This document shows, piece after piece, positions 1 to 9,724 of a DNA stretch of 64,000 nt (position 1 is the stretch's first letter; each line of letters opens with the position of its first letter). Below the pieces are notes generated by a model that made no database searches, was not told the origin of the DNA, and was given only the letters and a program-made list of their open reading frames with translations. The DNA comes from Prevotellaceae bacterium UBA6858 (lineage in GTDB: Bacteria > Bacteroidota > Bacteroidia > Bacteroidales > Bacteroidaceae), in the NCBI GenBank assembly GCA_002451695.1, contig DKDC01000001.1:19961-83960 (forward strand), given 5' to 3'. The translations under genes and the position numbers were made by a program.

Positions 1-640
1 GAACTTCAACCGCCGCACGGAGCGCATGTCGCAGGTGGCAAACCCCGTAATCAGGAAAGTTTACGAGGAGCAGGGCGACATGTACAAGCGCATACAGATA
101 CCCGTTACCGACGGCAAACGCCAGTACCTCATCACAAGCGACCTTGAGGAAGCCTACAACAGCGGGTGCAAGAGCGTGGTGAAGGACTTCGAGAAGTCAA
201 TCCTGCTCCACGACATCGACGATGCGTGGAAAGAGAACCTGCGCGAGCTCGACGAGCTGAAGCAGTCGGTTCAGAACGCAAGCTACGAACAGAAAGACCC
301 GCTCGTGATTTTCAAGCTCGAAAGCGTCAAGCTGTTCGACTCGATGATTGACGAGATAAACAACAACACCGTTTCGATACTCATGCGCGGGCAGATACCC
401 CTTCAAGCTCCCGAGGAGGTGCAGGAGGCTGACGACACACCCGCGCCGGGAAGGCCGCAATACACGGAAAGCCGCACCGACCTCGTTGACGAGAACCAGC
501 AGGCGGCAGCCCGCCGCGACACACGCGAGCCGCAGAAACAGCAGCCCATACACGTTGACAAACTTCCGGGACGCAACGATCCCTGCCCTTGCGGAAGCGG
601 CAAGAAGTTCAAGAACTGCCACGGCAGGGGCCTGGTGTAA
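1..640 (+). CDS. secA: Preprotein translocase SecA, C-terminal fragment (5' end outside window)
   Basis: The reading frame is open to the left edge. The C-terminal tail ...[19 protein letters not shown] is the Cys/His zinc-binding motif typical of SecA. Confidence 0.8.
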   Translation, partial: NFNRRTERMSQVANPVIRKVYEEQGDMYKRIQIPVTDGKRQYLITSDLEEAYNSGCKSVVKDFEKSILLHDIDDAWKENLRELDELKQSVQNASYEQKDPLVIFKLESVKLFDSMIDEINNNTVSILMRGQIPLQAPEEVQEADDTPAPGRPQYTESRTDLVDENQQAAARRDTREPQKQQPIHVDKLPGRNDPCPCGSGKKFKNCHGRGLV

Positions 641-860
641 GCAAAGCAGACACAAACGGGAAATCCCCACCCATCCCGTTTGTACCCGGCAGGGAGTTTT
701 CCGAAAGGAAACCTCCCTGCCATTTTTTTGCGCCGCCCGTCTGCCGCGCCGCATAATACAAAGGGAAACATACGCCAATTACCGGGAAAATCCGCAACAT
801 ATTGGATAACAACATTTTACCTCAATATCCCATTCTTATATAAAGCATTGTCAACCAAGC

Positions 861-986
861 ATTTGCAACGGCGGGAAAAAGGTCTGATATAGTTTGAATT
901 ATGTCTGATATAATTTTTCCTGCATAGGACATGGTTTTTTCAACATCCGATGTGGTTTTCGCGATTTTTGTTTTGCGCCATTGCAA
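861..986 (+). repeat. Composite intergenic repeat, copy 1 (module A only, degenerate; no palindromic core)
   Basis: ATTTGCAACGGCGGGAAAAAGG is followed by four 21-bp units at 881-964, then the tail GTTTTGCGCCATTGCAA. Homologous to the other copies listed below. Confidence 0.85.
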
Positions 987-1118
987 AATAAAAATCCGCA
1001 GCAGAACTTCGCCGTTTTTGGCAATGCCAAATGGCAAATCCCGGCACTTGAAAAATATTTTCCGCACAACCATTGTCTGTACAGCCTCTTTTTACGACAA
1101 TTAACCTTTTCCCAAAAC

Positions 1119-1132
1119 AAAAAAAAAAAAAA
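1119..1132 (+). repeat. Homopolymeric A14 tract 8 nt upstream of a near-consensus -7 box (TATATTTC, 1141-1148)
   Basis: Counted directly in the sequence. Lies about 120 nt upstream of the 1252 start codon. Confidence 0.9.
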
Positions 1133-1251
1133 CGAGTGCTTATATTTCTAAAATTATTCTTACATTAGCCTCGTGATTGCTACACGTGTTCTTAACACGG
1201 CTTTAACAATAAAGAAACAATTAACAACGCATCAATAATTAAGTATCAAGT

Positions 1252-4200
1252 ATGAAAAAGTTTACAAGAATTCTGACGCTTGTGATTGCAGTTTTTGCAA
1301 GCATCAACGCATGGGGACGCATCTCCCCGGGCGAAAGGGTTACCGACTACAGCCTGCTGAAGACCGGCGACCGCATCTTTGTGGAAGGCAAATGGGGGCC
1401 CAACAATGTTGACCTCGAAGCCGGACACTGGTTGAGTACGTACTTCCCCGCACGTAGGGCCGACAGCATTGTTGTGGCTGTGCAGGAAACCGTAGGTTCT
1501 CAAGCCGCATTCGAGCTTGAGGAAAGCGGCAGCACCTACACCATGAAGTATGCCGACGGAACCACGGAGGAACTCAAAGGCTTCTACGTGAAGAGCGCGA
1601 AGAGCGGGCTGTACCTCACCAAAGGGCAGGAGCAGGGCGTTACCTACACGTGCGACCTTCTGCTCACGGAAAACAAGACAACGGAATGGTACATCTGCAA
1701 GGCCGTTACAATGGGACAGAACCCCGACGACCCCGAGGGGGACAACATTAACATCGCCCCCGAAAACGCGGCGTTCTTCGCCTGCCTTGCAGGAGACGGC
1801 ACCGTATTGCGCCTCAACAACAACTACAAGGACGCATCGAGCACATATTTCTGCGACAAGGTGGCCTACTTCAACAACTCCACCGTATGGCATGAGATAA
1901 CCTACGCTTCCGAGGAGGACAACTCGCTCGAAGCAGTGCTTCTTGACATAGACGAGCTTTACACGCTCGCATACACCATGTCCCAGACTTTGGTTGTCGG
2001 CACAAACCCCGGCTTCTGCGATGAGAACTACTACAACGCCCTCGACGTTGCAATGGCAAGCTCGCAGGACGACTCGCAGCTCACCACGGCAGAGGCGGCA
2101 CAGACCTGCTATGACAACCTGCTCAACGCATACCTCGACATCAGCGAGAAAGGCGTTGTCCCTATTCGCGACGGATACTACTGGCTGGTGAACTGCCAAA
2201 ACGAATGGAACGCCCTTCAGGAGGGCGGCACACAGGTTGCGCTTTCCGCACAGGGCAAGGAGATTTGGTGGAACACCATCAACAAGGACAAGGCTGAATA
2301 CATCTGGAAAATCGCATTGCTTCCCGACGGCAAGTATGCAATGCAGAACCTCGGCACGCAGCAGTTTGTTGACTACGGCAGCGGCACCACACCCGTTTAC
2401 ACCTCTGTTGACTCAAGCAAGAACAACGTTGAGTTTATTGCGCTCGCCACAGCCGGCTCGTGGGGCATAAAAGCATACAACCCCACTCCCGACGGAGATG
2501 ATTCTTACATCCACTGCCGCAACCACAGCCTTGACCCGGCTACGGGTGCAAGCACATGCCTCTGGTTGCCGCGTCCGCAGGAGTTCTCGGGCTGGTATCT
2601 GCTCCAAGTTCCGCAGGACATCGTTGACAAACTTGCTCCCAAGGACGACGAGGTGGAGAAGCAGAAACTCGCAAGGGCTTTGGTTGACTCCCTCAACAAC
2701 CTCATCAGCGACGTGAAGGCAATGATCACGCCTTCGCTCGAATACGACAGGTCGAACGCCACAAGCGTCATACCAACACTCGAAGCCGCACAGGCAAACA
2801 ACTTCGCCGACTTCTTCTCGAACGCCGGCATGAGCGTTGAGCACGGCTACAGCTACGGAAACGACGGCGGCGGCTTCGCGGCACTTATAGACAACGACCC
2901 CGAAACCCACTTCCACACCACATACGGCACACAGCCCTCATGGAGCGACTACACCGACACGGGCACAGGCTACGGCTATCCCACAACCAAGCACAACCTC
3001 GGCTGCAAGCTCACACAGCCTGTGAACAACGTGTTCTTTGTATGGTACGAGCGCACCGGCAGCTACCACGACACTCCGTTGAAGATTGACCTCGAGGTGA
3101 GCAACGACGGCGAGAACTGGACAAACGTGTCCTATGGCTACAACCTATACACCGCTTCCGGTCAAAACGGCGCCGAAGTGCTTGTAGGTCCGTTCGAGTT
3201 CAACGACAACTACCAGTACGTGCGCTTCGCAACCGAAGGCAGCGCACGCGGAAAGTTCTTCAACCTCTCTGGCATGGACATCCTCACGGGCGTAACCTAT
3301 GCCAGCTCGTGCCAGTTGTCGGCTGTTGAACCCGCAACGCGAATTGCACTGTTCAACGCGCTCTCGAACGGCAACAAGCAGGCCGAGAACGACAGCGTAA
3401 GCAACATCGAAAACCTTAAGGCGGCAATCGCACAGCTCACAGACGCATACAACGCATTCGTTTCGACATTCGTTGACGTTAAGGATCTGAAAGACGTTAT
3501 CACAAAGGCAAAGAGCACTATCGAAGGAGTTGTGATAACCGAGAACACAGTAGGCACATACGACACAGCAGCCAACCCGGACGCAGTTACTTCGGCTGTA
3601 GAAGAGGCAGAAAGCCTGATTGCAAACGTGGGCTACACCCAGGATGAAGTTGACGCCGTGGCAAAGAAGATAAGCGACGCACTTGCAGAGCTCAGCACTC
3701 ACATGATTGCTCCCGACCCCACCAAGTGGTATCAGATACAGTTCGCTTCTGAAGAAGAATACACCGAGTTCAAATTCGATTCCGATGCAGAGGCATTGAT
3801 TGACCGCGTGGTTTGCGTAACCCAAGGACAAGACGAGACCACCAAAGCTCCCAAGCCTTACGATTCCGCCGAAGACGTGATATACGGTTCGGCATGGCTG
3901 CAGAGCGTTCCCGCAGAAAACGCTTGGGACGTTCCCGAACTTACATACTTCCGCTTCATCGCAGTTGGCGACAGCGGATATGTACTCCAGAACAAGGCAA
4001 CCGGCCTGTTCGTCCCCAACCTCGGCACAAGTGTGAAAGCGAACCTCAGCACCGTTCCCGGTGTGTTCACGGTTGAGTCGTTCGGACACGGATTTGTAAC
4101 GCTCAACACCCACAACCTGTTCGACGGCACGGCAAACGGCAACAACTTCCACTTCGGCAACTCATCCGATTATTCGCAATACTACATCGTGGGCTGGAAC

Positions 4201-4866
4201 AGCGGTATGTCAACCAAGTCGGCGTTCCACCTCGTTACTATTGATGAGGAAGAAACCCTTGGCAACGTGAACATGACAGGCACACGCGCCCTGACAATTC
4301 CCGAAACTCTGACTTTGGAAGGCGGAGCTAACGCATACACCGCAAAAGGAAAGGTTATCGAAGAAGACGGCACCACATACATTGCAATGGAACGCGTAGA
4401 GAAAGTTCCCGCAGGTATGCCGGCTGTAATTGTTCCCGAAGACGCAGAGGCAGCATACCTCATAAGCCTTGGCACAGACTTTGTGTCCAAAGAGGCAAGC
4501 ACCGTGGGCGTGAAAGGCACATTCGTTGCACAGACAATGCCCGACGGCTCGGCACTGCTGAGAAGCGCAGAAGACAAGTCGCTCTACTGGCAGCCACTTT
4601 CCACTGTCGGAATGAACTCCACGGCAAACGGCATCTATCTTGACGTTGCAAACATCGGACAAATGCCCGACGTTGCTAAGGATGACGCAGACCTGCTCAT
4701 TCTGGTTAAGGACTACAACTCCACCGTATCGGTTGACAAGGTTAAGACCAACGTCAGCGGCAAGCACGAAATCTACACTGTTGACGGCGTGAAACTCGAC
4801 ACCAAGCCCGAAAACCTCGGGAAAGGGCTCTACATCATCGACGGCAAAAAGGTTTATGTGCCATAA
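1252..4866 (+). CDS. Secreted 1204-aa surface protein: discoidin (F5/8 type C)-like domain, lectin-like modules, helical linkers, T9SS C-terminal sorting domain
   Basis: Signal peptide MKKFTRILTLVIAVFASINAWG. Discoidin-like segment ...ALIDNDPETHFHTTYG...YVRFATEG.... Recurrent motif YxLQNKATGLFV / YAMQNLGTQQFV. C-terminal tail ...EIYTVDGVKL...GLYIIDGKKVYVP matches the type A T9SS CTD pattern. Confidence 0.8.
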   Translation: MKKFTRILTLVIAVFASINAWGRISPGERVTDYSLLKTGDRIFVEGKWGPNNVDLEAGHWLSTYFPARRADSIVVAVQETVGSQAAFELEESGSTYTMKYADGTTEELKGFYVKSAKSGLYLTKGQEQGVTYTCDLLLTENKTTEWYICKAVTMGQNPDDPEGDNINIAPENAAFFACLAGDGTVLRLNNNYKDASSTYFCDKVAYFNNSTVWHEITYASEEDNSLEAVLLDIDELYTLAYTMSQTLVVGTNPGFCDENYYNALDVAMASSQDDSQLTTAEAAQTCYDNLLNAYLDISEKGVVPIRDGYYWLVNCQNEWNALQEGGTQVALSAQGKEIWWNTINKDKAEYIWKIALLPDGKYAMQNLGTQQFVDYGSGTTPVYTSVDSSKNNVEFIALATAGSWGIKAYNPTPDGDDSYIHCRNHSLDPATGASTCLWLPRPQEFSGWYLLQVPQDIVDKLAPKDDEVEKQKLARALVDSLNNLISDVKAMITPSLEYDRSNATSVIPTLEAAQANNFADFFSNAGMSVEHGYSYGNDGGGFAALIDNDPETHFHTTYGTQPSWSDYTDTGTGYGYPTTKHNLGCKLTQPVNNVFFVWYERTGSYHDTPLKIDLEVSNDGENWTNVSYGYNLYTASGQNGAEVLVGPFEFNDNYQYVRFATEGSARGKFFNLSGMDILTGVTYASSCQLSAVEPATRIALFNALSNGNKQAENDSVSNIENLKAAIAQLTDAYNAFVSTFVDVKDLKDVITKAKSTIEGVVITENTVGTYDTAANPDAVTSAVEEAESLIANVGYTQDEVDAVAKKISDALAELSTHMIAPDPTKWYQIQFASEEEYTEFKFDSDAEALIDRVVCVTQGQDETTKAPKPYDSAEDVIYGSAWLQSVPAENAWDVPELTYFRFIAVGDSGYVLQNKATGLFVPNLGTSVKANLSTVPGVFTVESFGHGFVTLNTHNLFDGTANGNNFHFGNSSDYSQYYIVGWNSGMSTKSAFHLVTIDEEETLGNVNMTGTRALTIPETLTLEGGANAYTAKGKVIEEDGTTYIAMERVEKVPAGMPAVIVPEDAEAAYLISLGTDFVSKEASTVGVKGTFVAQTMPDGSALLRSAEDKSLYWQPLSTVGMNSTANGIYLDVANIGQMPDVAKDDADLLILVKDYNSTVSVDKVKTNVSGKHEIYTVDGVKLDTKPENLGKGLYIIDGKKVYVP

Positions 4867-5024
4867 GCCGGACAACAGATAATACGCAAACATCTGCCGC
4901 ACCCAAGGGAAACCAGACAATGTTTTCTGCGGATGCGGCAGATTTAATGCTCCATCAATATTGTGCGGAAACTTTCCGCATTGATTAATAAAAGGATGCC
5001 AGACATCCGCATTCAAACAAAACG

Positions 5025-6455
5025 ATGAACAACATTATACTAAAAACCATAGCGGCGGCAGCCCTTTGTTTCGGTATGGTTAACGCCAATGCCGACAACG
5101 TAAGGATAAGGCTTGTTACGTCGCAAAGCCCCGGTGCGCAAATCACATTCAATTTGCCGTCGAACACCTACGTTAGCGTTGATTGGGGAAACGGGGAAAT
5201 ACAAAGCTATCGCGACAGCGTGGTAACCGGCACGCTTGCAGGAGATACGATAACTGTTACGGGCAACACCAAGTTTACAGGCTTCGGCTGCCATTCGCAG
5301 CACGTGAAATGGATTGACCTTTCGGAAGCCCCCAACCTGCTTTCGCTCGACTGCTCCGACAACGAACTTACAGAACTCTCGCTCACGGCCAATACCGCAT
5401 TGCAGGAACTCGACTGCTCGGGCAACAAGCTGAAAAGCCTCTCGGCGGTAAAGGCACAGGCACTCCGCAACCTCGACTGCGCCGGCAACGACCTAACCAC
5501 CCTCAACATTGTGCCAAACAACAGCCTTGAGTACATCAACATAAACGACAACCAAATCTCATCGCTCAACGTAAGGACAAAAAACAAGCTGCGCTCGCTG
5601 TGGGCGGCAAACAACAAGCTCACCCTCTTGAGCTTCTCCAACTACGCCCCGATGCAGTCTCTCGTATGCCCGCAAAACGACATTGAGATTGTGCAACTTT
5701 CAAACAAGGCGCAAATGCAGGACGTATGGATTGCAGGAAACAAAATCACCGACTTCGACCTGTCGGAAAGCGCAGAGCTGAAAACCCTTGACGTAAGCAA
5801 CAATGAACTCGATACATTGGCGTTGAGCAAGGCAATCACATCGGAAAATCCCATGCAATACATCAATTGCAGCGACAACCACCTTTCGTACCGTTGTTTC
5901 TACAATCCCGACATCACCAAGAAGTATGTTTGCGGAAACCAGTTTGTGAACTTCTCCCCCGACACCGTTGCCGCAGGAGTATATCTTGACTTCTCGCGCT
6001 TCATGATAAACGGCTCGGGCAGAAAGAACGGCATCCTCACTCTCTACAACGGCGAAGACGACACGCAGCTCAAATCGGGCAGTTCGGCAAAAGCTGGCGA
6101 CTACACCATGGTTGCCGCCGCAGGGCGCGTAAAGTACTGGAAAAACTTCCCTGCCGCATACCTCACCGTTACCAGCAAAGACTATCCCGACCTGAGCATA
6201 CGCACGAGCAACTATGTGGTTTATGACGAGGGAATAGCCAACGGCATTGAAAGCGTAACGGCAGACAAGGCCGGCATGACCGTACTTCGCGAAGGCAGAA
6301 CCATAATCCTCATGGCTTCCGCCGAACAGCCGGCAAGCGTTGTTACAACCGACGGCGTTACCGTATGGAAAGGCACGGTGGGCAGCACCCCTGTGGAAAT
6401 CAGCGTTACGCCCGGAGTGTATATCGTAGGACAGAAAAAAATCGTAGTAAACTAA
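5025..6455 (+). CDS. Leucine-rich-repeat protein with T9SS C-terminal sorting domain
   Basis: Signal peptide present. About 10 tandem 22-aa LRRs (LxxLDCSxNxLTxL). C-terminal ...TVWKGTVGSTPVEISVTPGVYIVGQKKIVVN resembles a T9SS CTD. Confidence 0.8.
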   Translation: MNNIILKTIAAAALCFGMVNANADNVRIRLVTSQSPGAQITFNLPSNTYVSVDWGNGEIQSYRDSVVTGTLAGDTITVTGNTKFTGFGCHSQHVKWIDLSEAPNLLSLDCSDNELTELSLTANTALQELDCSGNKLKSLSAVKAQALRNLDCAGNDLTTLNIVPNNSLEYININDNQISSLNVRTKNKLRSLWAANNKLTLLSFSNYAPMQSLVCPQNDIEIVQLSNKAQMQDVWIAGNKITDFDLSESAELKTLDVSNNELDTLALSKAITSENPMQYINCSDNHLSYRCFYNPDITKKYVCGNQFVNFSPDTVAAGVYLDFSRFMINGSGRKNGILTLYNGEDDTQLKSGSSAKAGDYTMVAAAGRVKYWKNFPAAYLTVTSKDYPDLSIRTSNYVVYDEGIANGIESVTADKAGMTVLREGRTIILMASAEQPASVVTTDGVTVWKGTVGSTPVEISVTPGVYIVGQKKIVVN

Positions 6456-6465
6456 CGGAAAAGTC

Positions 6466-9033
6466 ATGAACATTTTCAAATATACCATATCACTGCTCGC
6501 CGTGGCGTTGCTGCCAACCGCAAGCCCCGACACCTATGCGCAAAGCAATATCACGGACACGGAATCCCCTGTGATTGTCCCGTCAACGCCCTCACGCAGC
6601 ATATCATACCGCAAAGCTCTCGGCAAAGTGAAAATCGCGGCGAATGTAGACTACACCATAAGCAGTGACGCCGACTGGTGCACCGTTACCAAAAACGATG
6701 ACGGCTTCAACTTCCGCGTTTCCGCCAACATGACCAAAGCCGCACGTGTGGCGAAGGTTAAGTTATACAATGCAGAAAACGACATCACACGCTACGTGTC
6801 AATTTCGCAAGAAATGGCAGAACTCGAACAGTATGCGGAAAACCCCAACACAAGCGTAAAGCCAAAAGGAGCTTCCGCACCGGGAACCTCGTCGCTTCTG
6901 CGCACCATCGACGGCTACACAACCACATACTACGACTACTCCGCCGCCACGGGAACTGTTACGGAAAGCAGTCCTCTCGACCTTGACTACGCTTTCAGCG
7001 GTCAGCACATCGACAAGATAACCTATGTTCCCAACGGCACTTCACACGGCTACATGGGCAAGGCAAAGGTTTCTTACAAAAAGGTTGGCGAGGACGGCTA
7101 CACCGACCTCGGGACATACAACCTCACCACCGACGGCACCACCGTTGAGATAGACCTCGCCCAAGGCGGCGCAGACAATGTTGACACGTTGCGCATTTCC
7201 GTATGGGAAGGACTTGACAGCGGCAACGGCAACGAAATGTTCGGCTGCGCCGAGATGCAGTTCGCCATGTCGCTCAACAATTGTGCGCCCTATAACATCT
7301 TCGCCGATGATCTGCTCACCAAGCTGCGCCCGGAAATCACTGCCGATGTGGTTGACACTATCAGCAACCCGTTTGTAAGCGCACTCGCCGAGGAGCTGCT
7401 CAACAACACCTACGACACCAAGTACCGCGCAGCACGCTACAACTGCCTGCCGCCGGCATCATCGGTTGGCGACAGCCTGCTCACAGGCAAGAACTACGAC
7501 ATATTCGAGGGCGTTACCGGCATAAAGGTCAACCCCGGCAAATTCGCCGTTGTCGTTGCCGGACTTAAGCCCGGCGTGGACGCAAGCGTGTATGTAACGG
7601 CATACCGGCCCAAGAGCGGCAACACCGGCCCGTCATACAAGCTCTACACTCTCAAGAACGGCATGAACGTGATTAACTACACCGCCGACAGTGCCGGACT
7701 TGCATACATCAAATACAATTCCGACGTTCCCGAGAAGCACGACTCCATCGGCGTGCACTTCATCAACGGCGTTCAAAACGGCTATGTAACCTCAAAGATG
7801 TCGAACGACGAAATCACCGACGTGCTGAAAAAGGCGCAGTATATGTGCATGGACATTCTCGGCGACAGAGTGCACCTCGTGTTCGAGGGCAAATCCCTGC
7901 TCAAATACACCATTGGCAGATACCGCCAGCTGGTAAACGTTTACGACACCATAATCAGTTGGGAACACCGCGTGCTGGGACTTGAGAAATACAAAAAAGT
8001 TCCAAAGAACCGCACGCTGTTCTACGTAAACTACGACTACTTCATGTATCAGACAGGCTTGGGAGCTTCGGCAAAATACGATGTTACCGACATTCTCGAC
8101 CCGCGCAAATTCCTCACCAAGAGCCTTTCCACAGTATGGGGCGTGGCCCACGAATGGGGACACCAGCAGCAAAGTCCGTACTACACATGGGGAGGCATGG
8201 CCGAGGTTTCTAACAACATATTCTCGAGCTACGTCCTCATACACATCGGACAGAACACCGTGGGCTTCCTTGTGAACAACTTCAAGCAGGGCTACAGGGA
8301 ATATTTCCAGGAAGACTATTTCGCCACCCACGACTCCATAAGCCCGCAAAGGCAAAAGGCATACGCGGCGGCAAGCAAATACGCCTACTCCCCCAAGCTT
8401 CAGGAGGTGTTCCTTGCAATGAAGGACGCCAGGATACCTTCGCGTGCGGAAGACCCGCTCCACGCGGCAAGCTTCATCGAGCATTCCGACAACCTGTTCG
8501 CAAACCGCCTTACGAGCGTTTACGAAATAGGCCACTACTTTGAGTACGAACTCGGCAACAAGGACATCTTCCCCGACTTCTTCGAGTCTATCCGCCACAC
8601 CGAGACAGGCACGAACAAATACGAGCTTATCGCCGCCGTGCAGAAAGGCAAGAGCGCGCGCCTTGCGGTGCTTAAGGAACTCTATCCCAACAGCGTTTGG
8701 GTGAAGAACAACTATGTTTACGAAAAGTCGAAGTCAAACGAGAACGACGCCTCATACATCCTGAACTTCATCTACAAGATGTCAACCGCAACGGGCTACA
8801 ATATGTTCCCATACTTTGAGCAGTGGGGCTACCTGCGCCAGATTGCGACCTACACCAGCGATTACGGCGACCACTACTATTGCCTCACCAAGGATATGTA
8901 TGACGAGTTCAAGGCCGATATGGACGCGCGCGTTGAAAGCGGGGAGCTTAAGGTAATGTCCGACGAGCTTATCCGCACCATTTCGAGCTACCCGATACCC
9001 ACCGACACTCCCGTACTAACAGTTCCCAACTAA
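6466..9033 (+). CDS. Secreted M60-like (enhancin-type) zinc metallopeptidase with N-terminal BACON-like and discoidin-like domains
   Basis: Signal peptide present. HEWGH...E zinc motif (VAHEWGHQQQSPYYTWGGMAEVSNN). N-terminal segment DWCTVTKNDDGFNFRVSANMTKAARVAKVKLY is BACON-like. No T9SS CTD seen. Confidence 0.75.
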   Translation: MNIFKYTISLLAVALLPTASPDTYAQSNITDTESPVIVPSTPSRSISYRKALGKVKIAANVDYTISSDADWCTVTKNDDGFNFRVSANMTKAARVAKVKLYNAENDITRYVSISQEMAELEQYAENPNTSVKPKGASAPGTSSLLRTIDGYTTTYYDYSAATGTVTESSPLDLDYAFSGQHIDKITYVPNGTSHGYMGKAKVSYKKVGEDGYTDLGTYNLTTDGTTVEIDLAQGGADNVDTLRISVWEGLDSGNGNEMFGCAEMQFAMSLNNCAPYNIFADDLLTKLRPEITADVVDTISNPFVSALAEELLNNTYDTKYRAARYNCLPPASSVGDSLLTGKNYDIFEGVTGIKVNPGKFAVVVAGLKPGVDASVYVTAYRPKSGNTGPSYKLYTLKNGMNVINYTADSAGLAYIKYNSDVPEKHDSIGVHFINGVQNGYVTSKMSNDEITDVLKKAQYMCMDILGDRVHLVFEGKSLLKYTIGRYRQLVNVYDTIISWEHRVLGLEKYKKVPKNRTLFYVNYDYFMYQTGLGASAKYDVTDILDPRKFLTKSLSTVWGVAHEWGHQQQSPYYTWGGMAEVSNNIFSSYVLIHIGQNTVGFLVNNFKQGYREYFQEDYFATHDSISPQRQKAYAAASKYAYSPKLQEVFLAMKDARIPSRAEDPLHAASFIEHSDNLFANRLTSVYEIGHYFEYELGNKDIFPDFFESIRHTETGTNKYELIAAVQKGKSARLAVLKELYPNSVWVKNNYVYEKSKSNENDASYILNFIYKMSTATGYNMFPYFEQWGYLRQIATYTSDYGDHYYCLTKDMYDEFKADMDARVESGELKVMSDELIRTISSYPIPTDTPVLTVPN

Positions 9034-9100
9034 CAACAGGAGAAACAGAAGGTACGACCAGCCAAAGGGCGTCCGCAACAAAAACGCCCTCATTGAATAG

Positions 9101-9154
9101 GGAAACCCCACAGCCTGCGCAATTCCGCCAAGGCTGTGGGGTTTCCTGTGTTTT
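9101..9154 (+). terminator. Rho-independent terminator after the M60-like peptidase gene
   Basis: 15-bp stem GGAAACCCCACAGCC / GGCTGTGGGGTTTCC followed by TGTGTTTT. Confidence 0.75.
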
Positions 9155-9253
9155 ACGCCGGAGCATACCAGAAAGCAAAATTTTCCGCAAGCCGTTGACT
9201 GACAACAAATTGAACCGTTTTTGAAAATTTTCACAAGCATCTGCTTTTCAAGT

Positions 9254-9474
9254 ATTTGCGACAGTGAAAATTATGTCTGATGTAGTTTGAATTATGTCTG
9301 ATATAATTTTTTCTACATAGGACGTAGTTTTTCCAATGTCCCTTATAGTTTTCGGGATGCTTCGAAAAGAACAAGCGTTCTTGGTTTTGCGGGAATTGTA
9401 GTGGCGCAATTTCTTGAATGATTAATTACTGCGTATTTGTGCGGCGTATTGCATACGCCCCTACGGCGGTGCAA
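9254..9474 (+). repeat. Composite intergenic repeat, copy 2 (module A + core-less arms + one palindrome)
   Basis: Four 21-bp units at 9274-9357. Core-less arms TTGCGGGAATTGTAGTGGCGCAA at 9387-9409. Palindrome GGCGTATTGCATACGCCCCTACGGCGGTGCAA ends at 9474. Confidence 0.9.
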
Positions 9475-9565
9475 TACACTGGTTATTTGATATTTAATAT
9501 TCTTTACACGCCATTGCCCGGATTTTATAAGTCCACTATTCCGAACTCACGTATGTAATTTTTCG

Positions 9566-9573
9566 TAACTTTG
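9566..9573 (+). promoter_or_regulatory. Bacteroidetes -7 promoter box TAACTTTG upstream of the TPP riboswitch
   Basis: Exact match to TAnnTTTG, about 25 nt upstream of the riboswitch. Confidence 0.55.
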
Positions 9574-9591
9574 CACTCGGAAAGCAAACTG

Positions 9592-9675
9592 CTTTCTAAG
9601 GGGTGTCCGTCTTTTTGGGCGGTCTGAGATCATACCCTATAACCTGATCCGGGTAATGCCGGCGTAGGTAGGTGC
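9592..9675 (+). promoter_or_regulatory. TPP (THI-box) riboswitch
   Basis: GGGGTGTCC...CTGAGAT...ACCCTATAACCTGATCCGGGTAATGCCGGCGTAGG matches the conserved THI-box core (CUGAGA ... ACCUGAUCnGGnUAAUGCCnGCG). A small hairpin AAGGATT/AATCCCTT follows. Sits directly upstream of the TonB receptor gene. Confidence 0.9.
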
Positions 9676-9724
9676 AAGGATTATAATCCCTTCTTAATTT
9701 ATTATCAAAAAACAAAGGTGTCAA

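Noticed and set aside
1246-2199. Long antisense or alternative-frame ORFs inside real genes, for example 1246-2199(-), 20989-22242(-), 56091-57182(+), 50626-51285(+) and 37231-38118(+).
   Set aside because: Each lies entirely within a gene that has strong family motifs on the other strand or frame. Their products are low-complexity (V/A/G/R/H-rich), typical of shadow ORFs in moderately GC-rich DNA.
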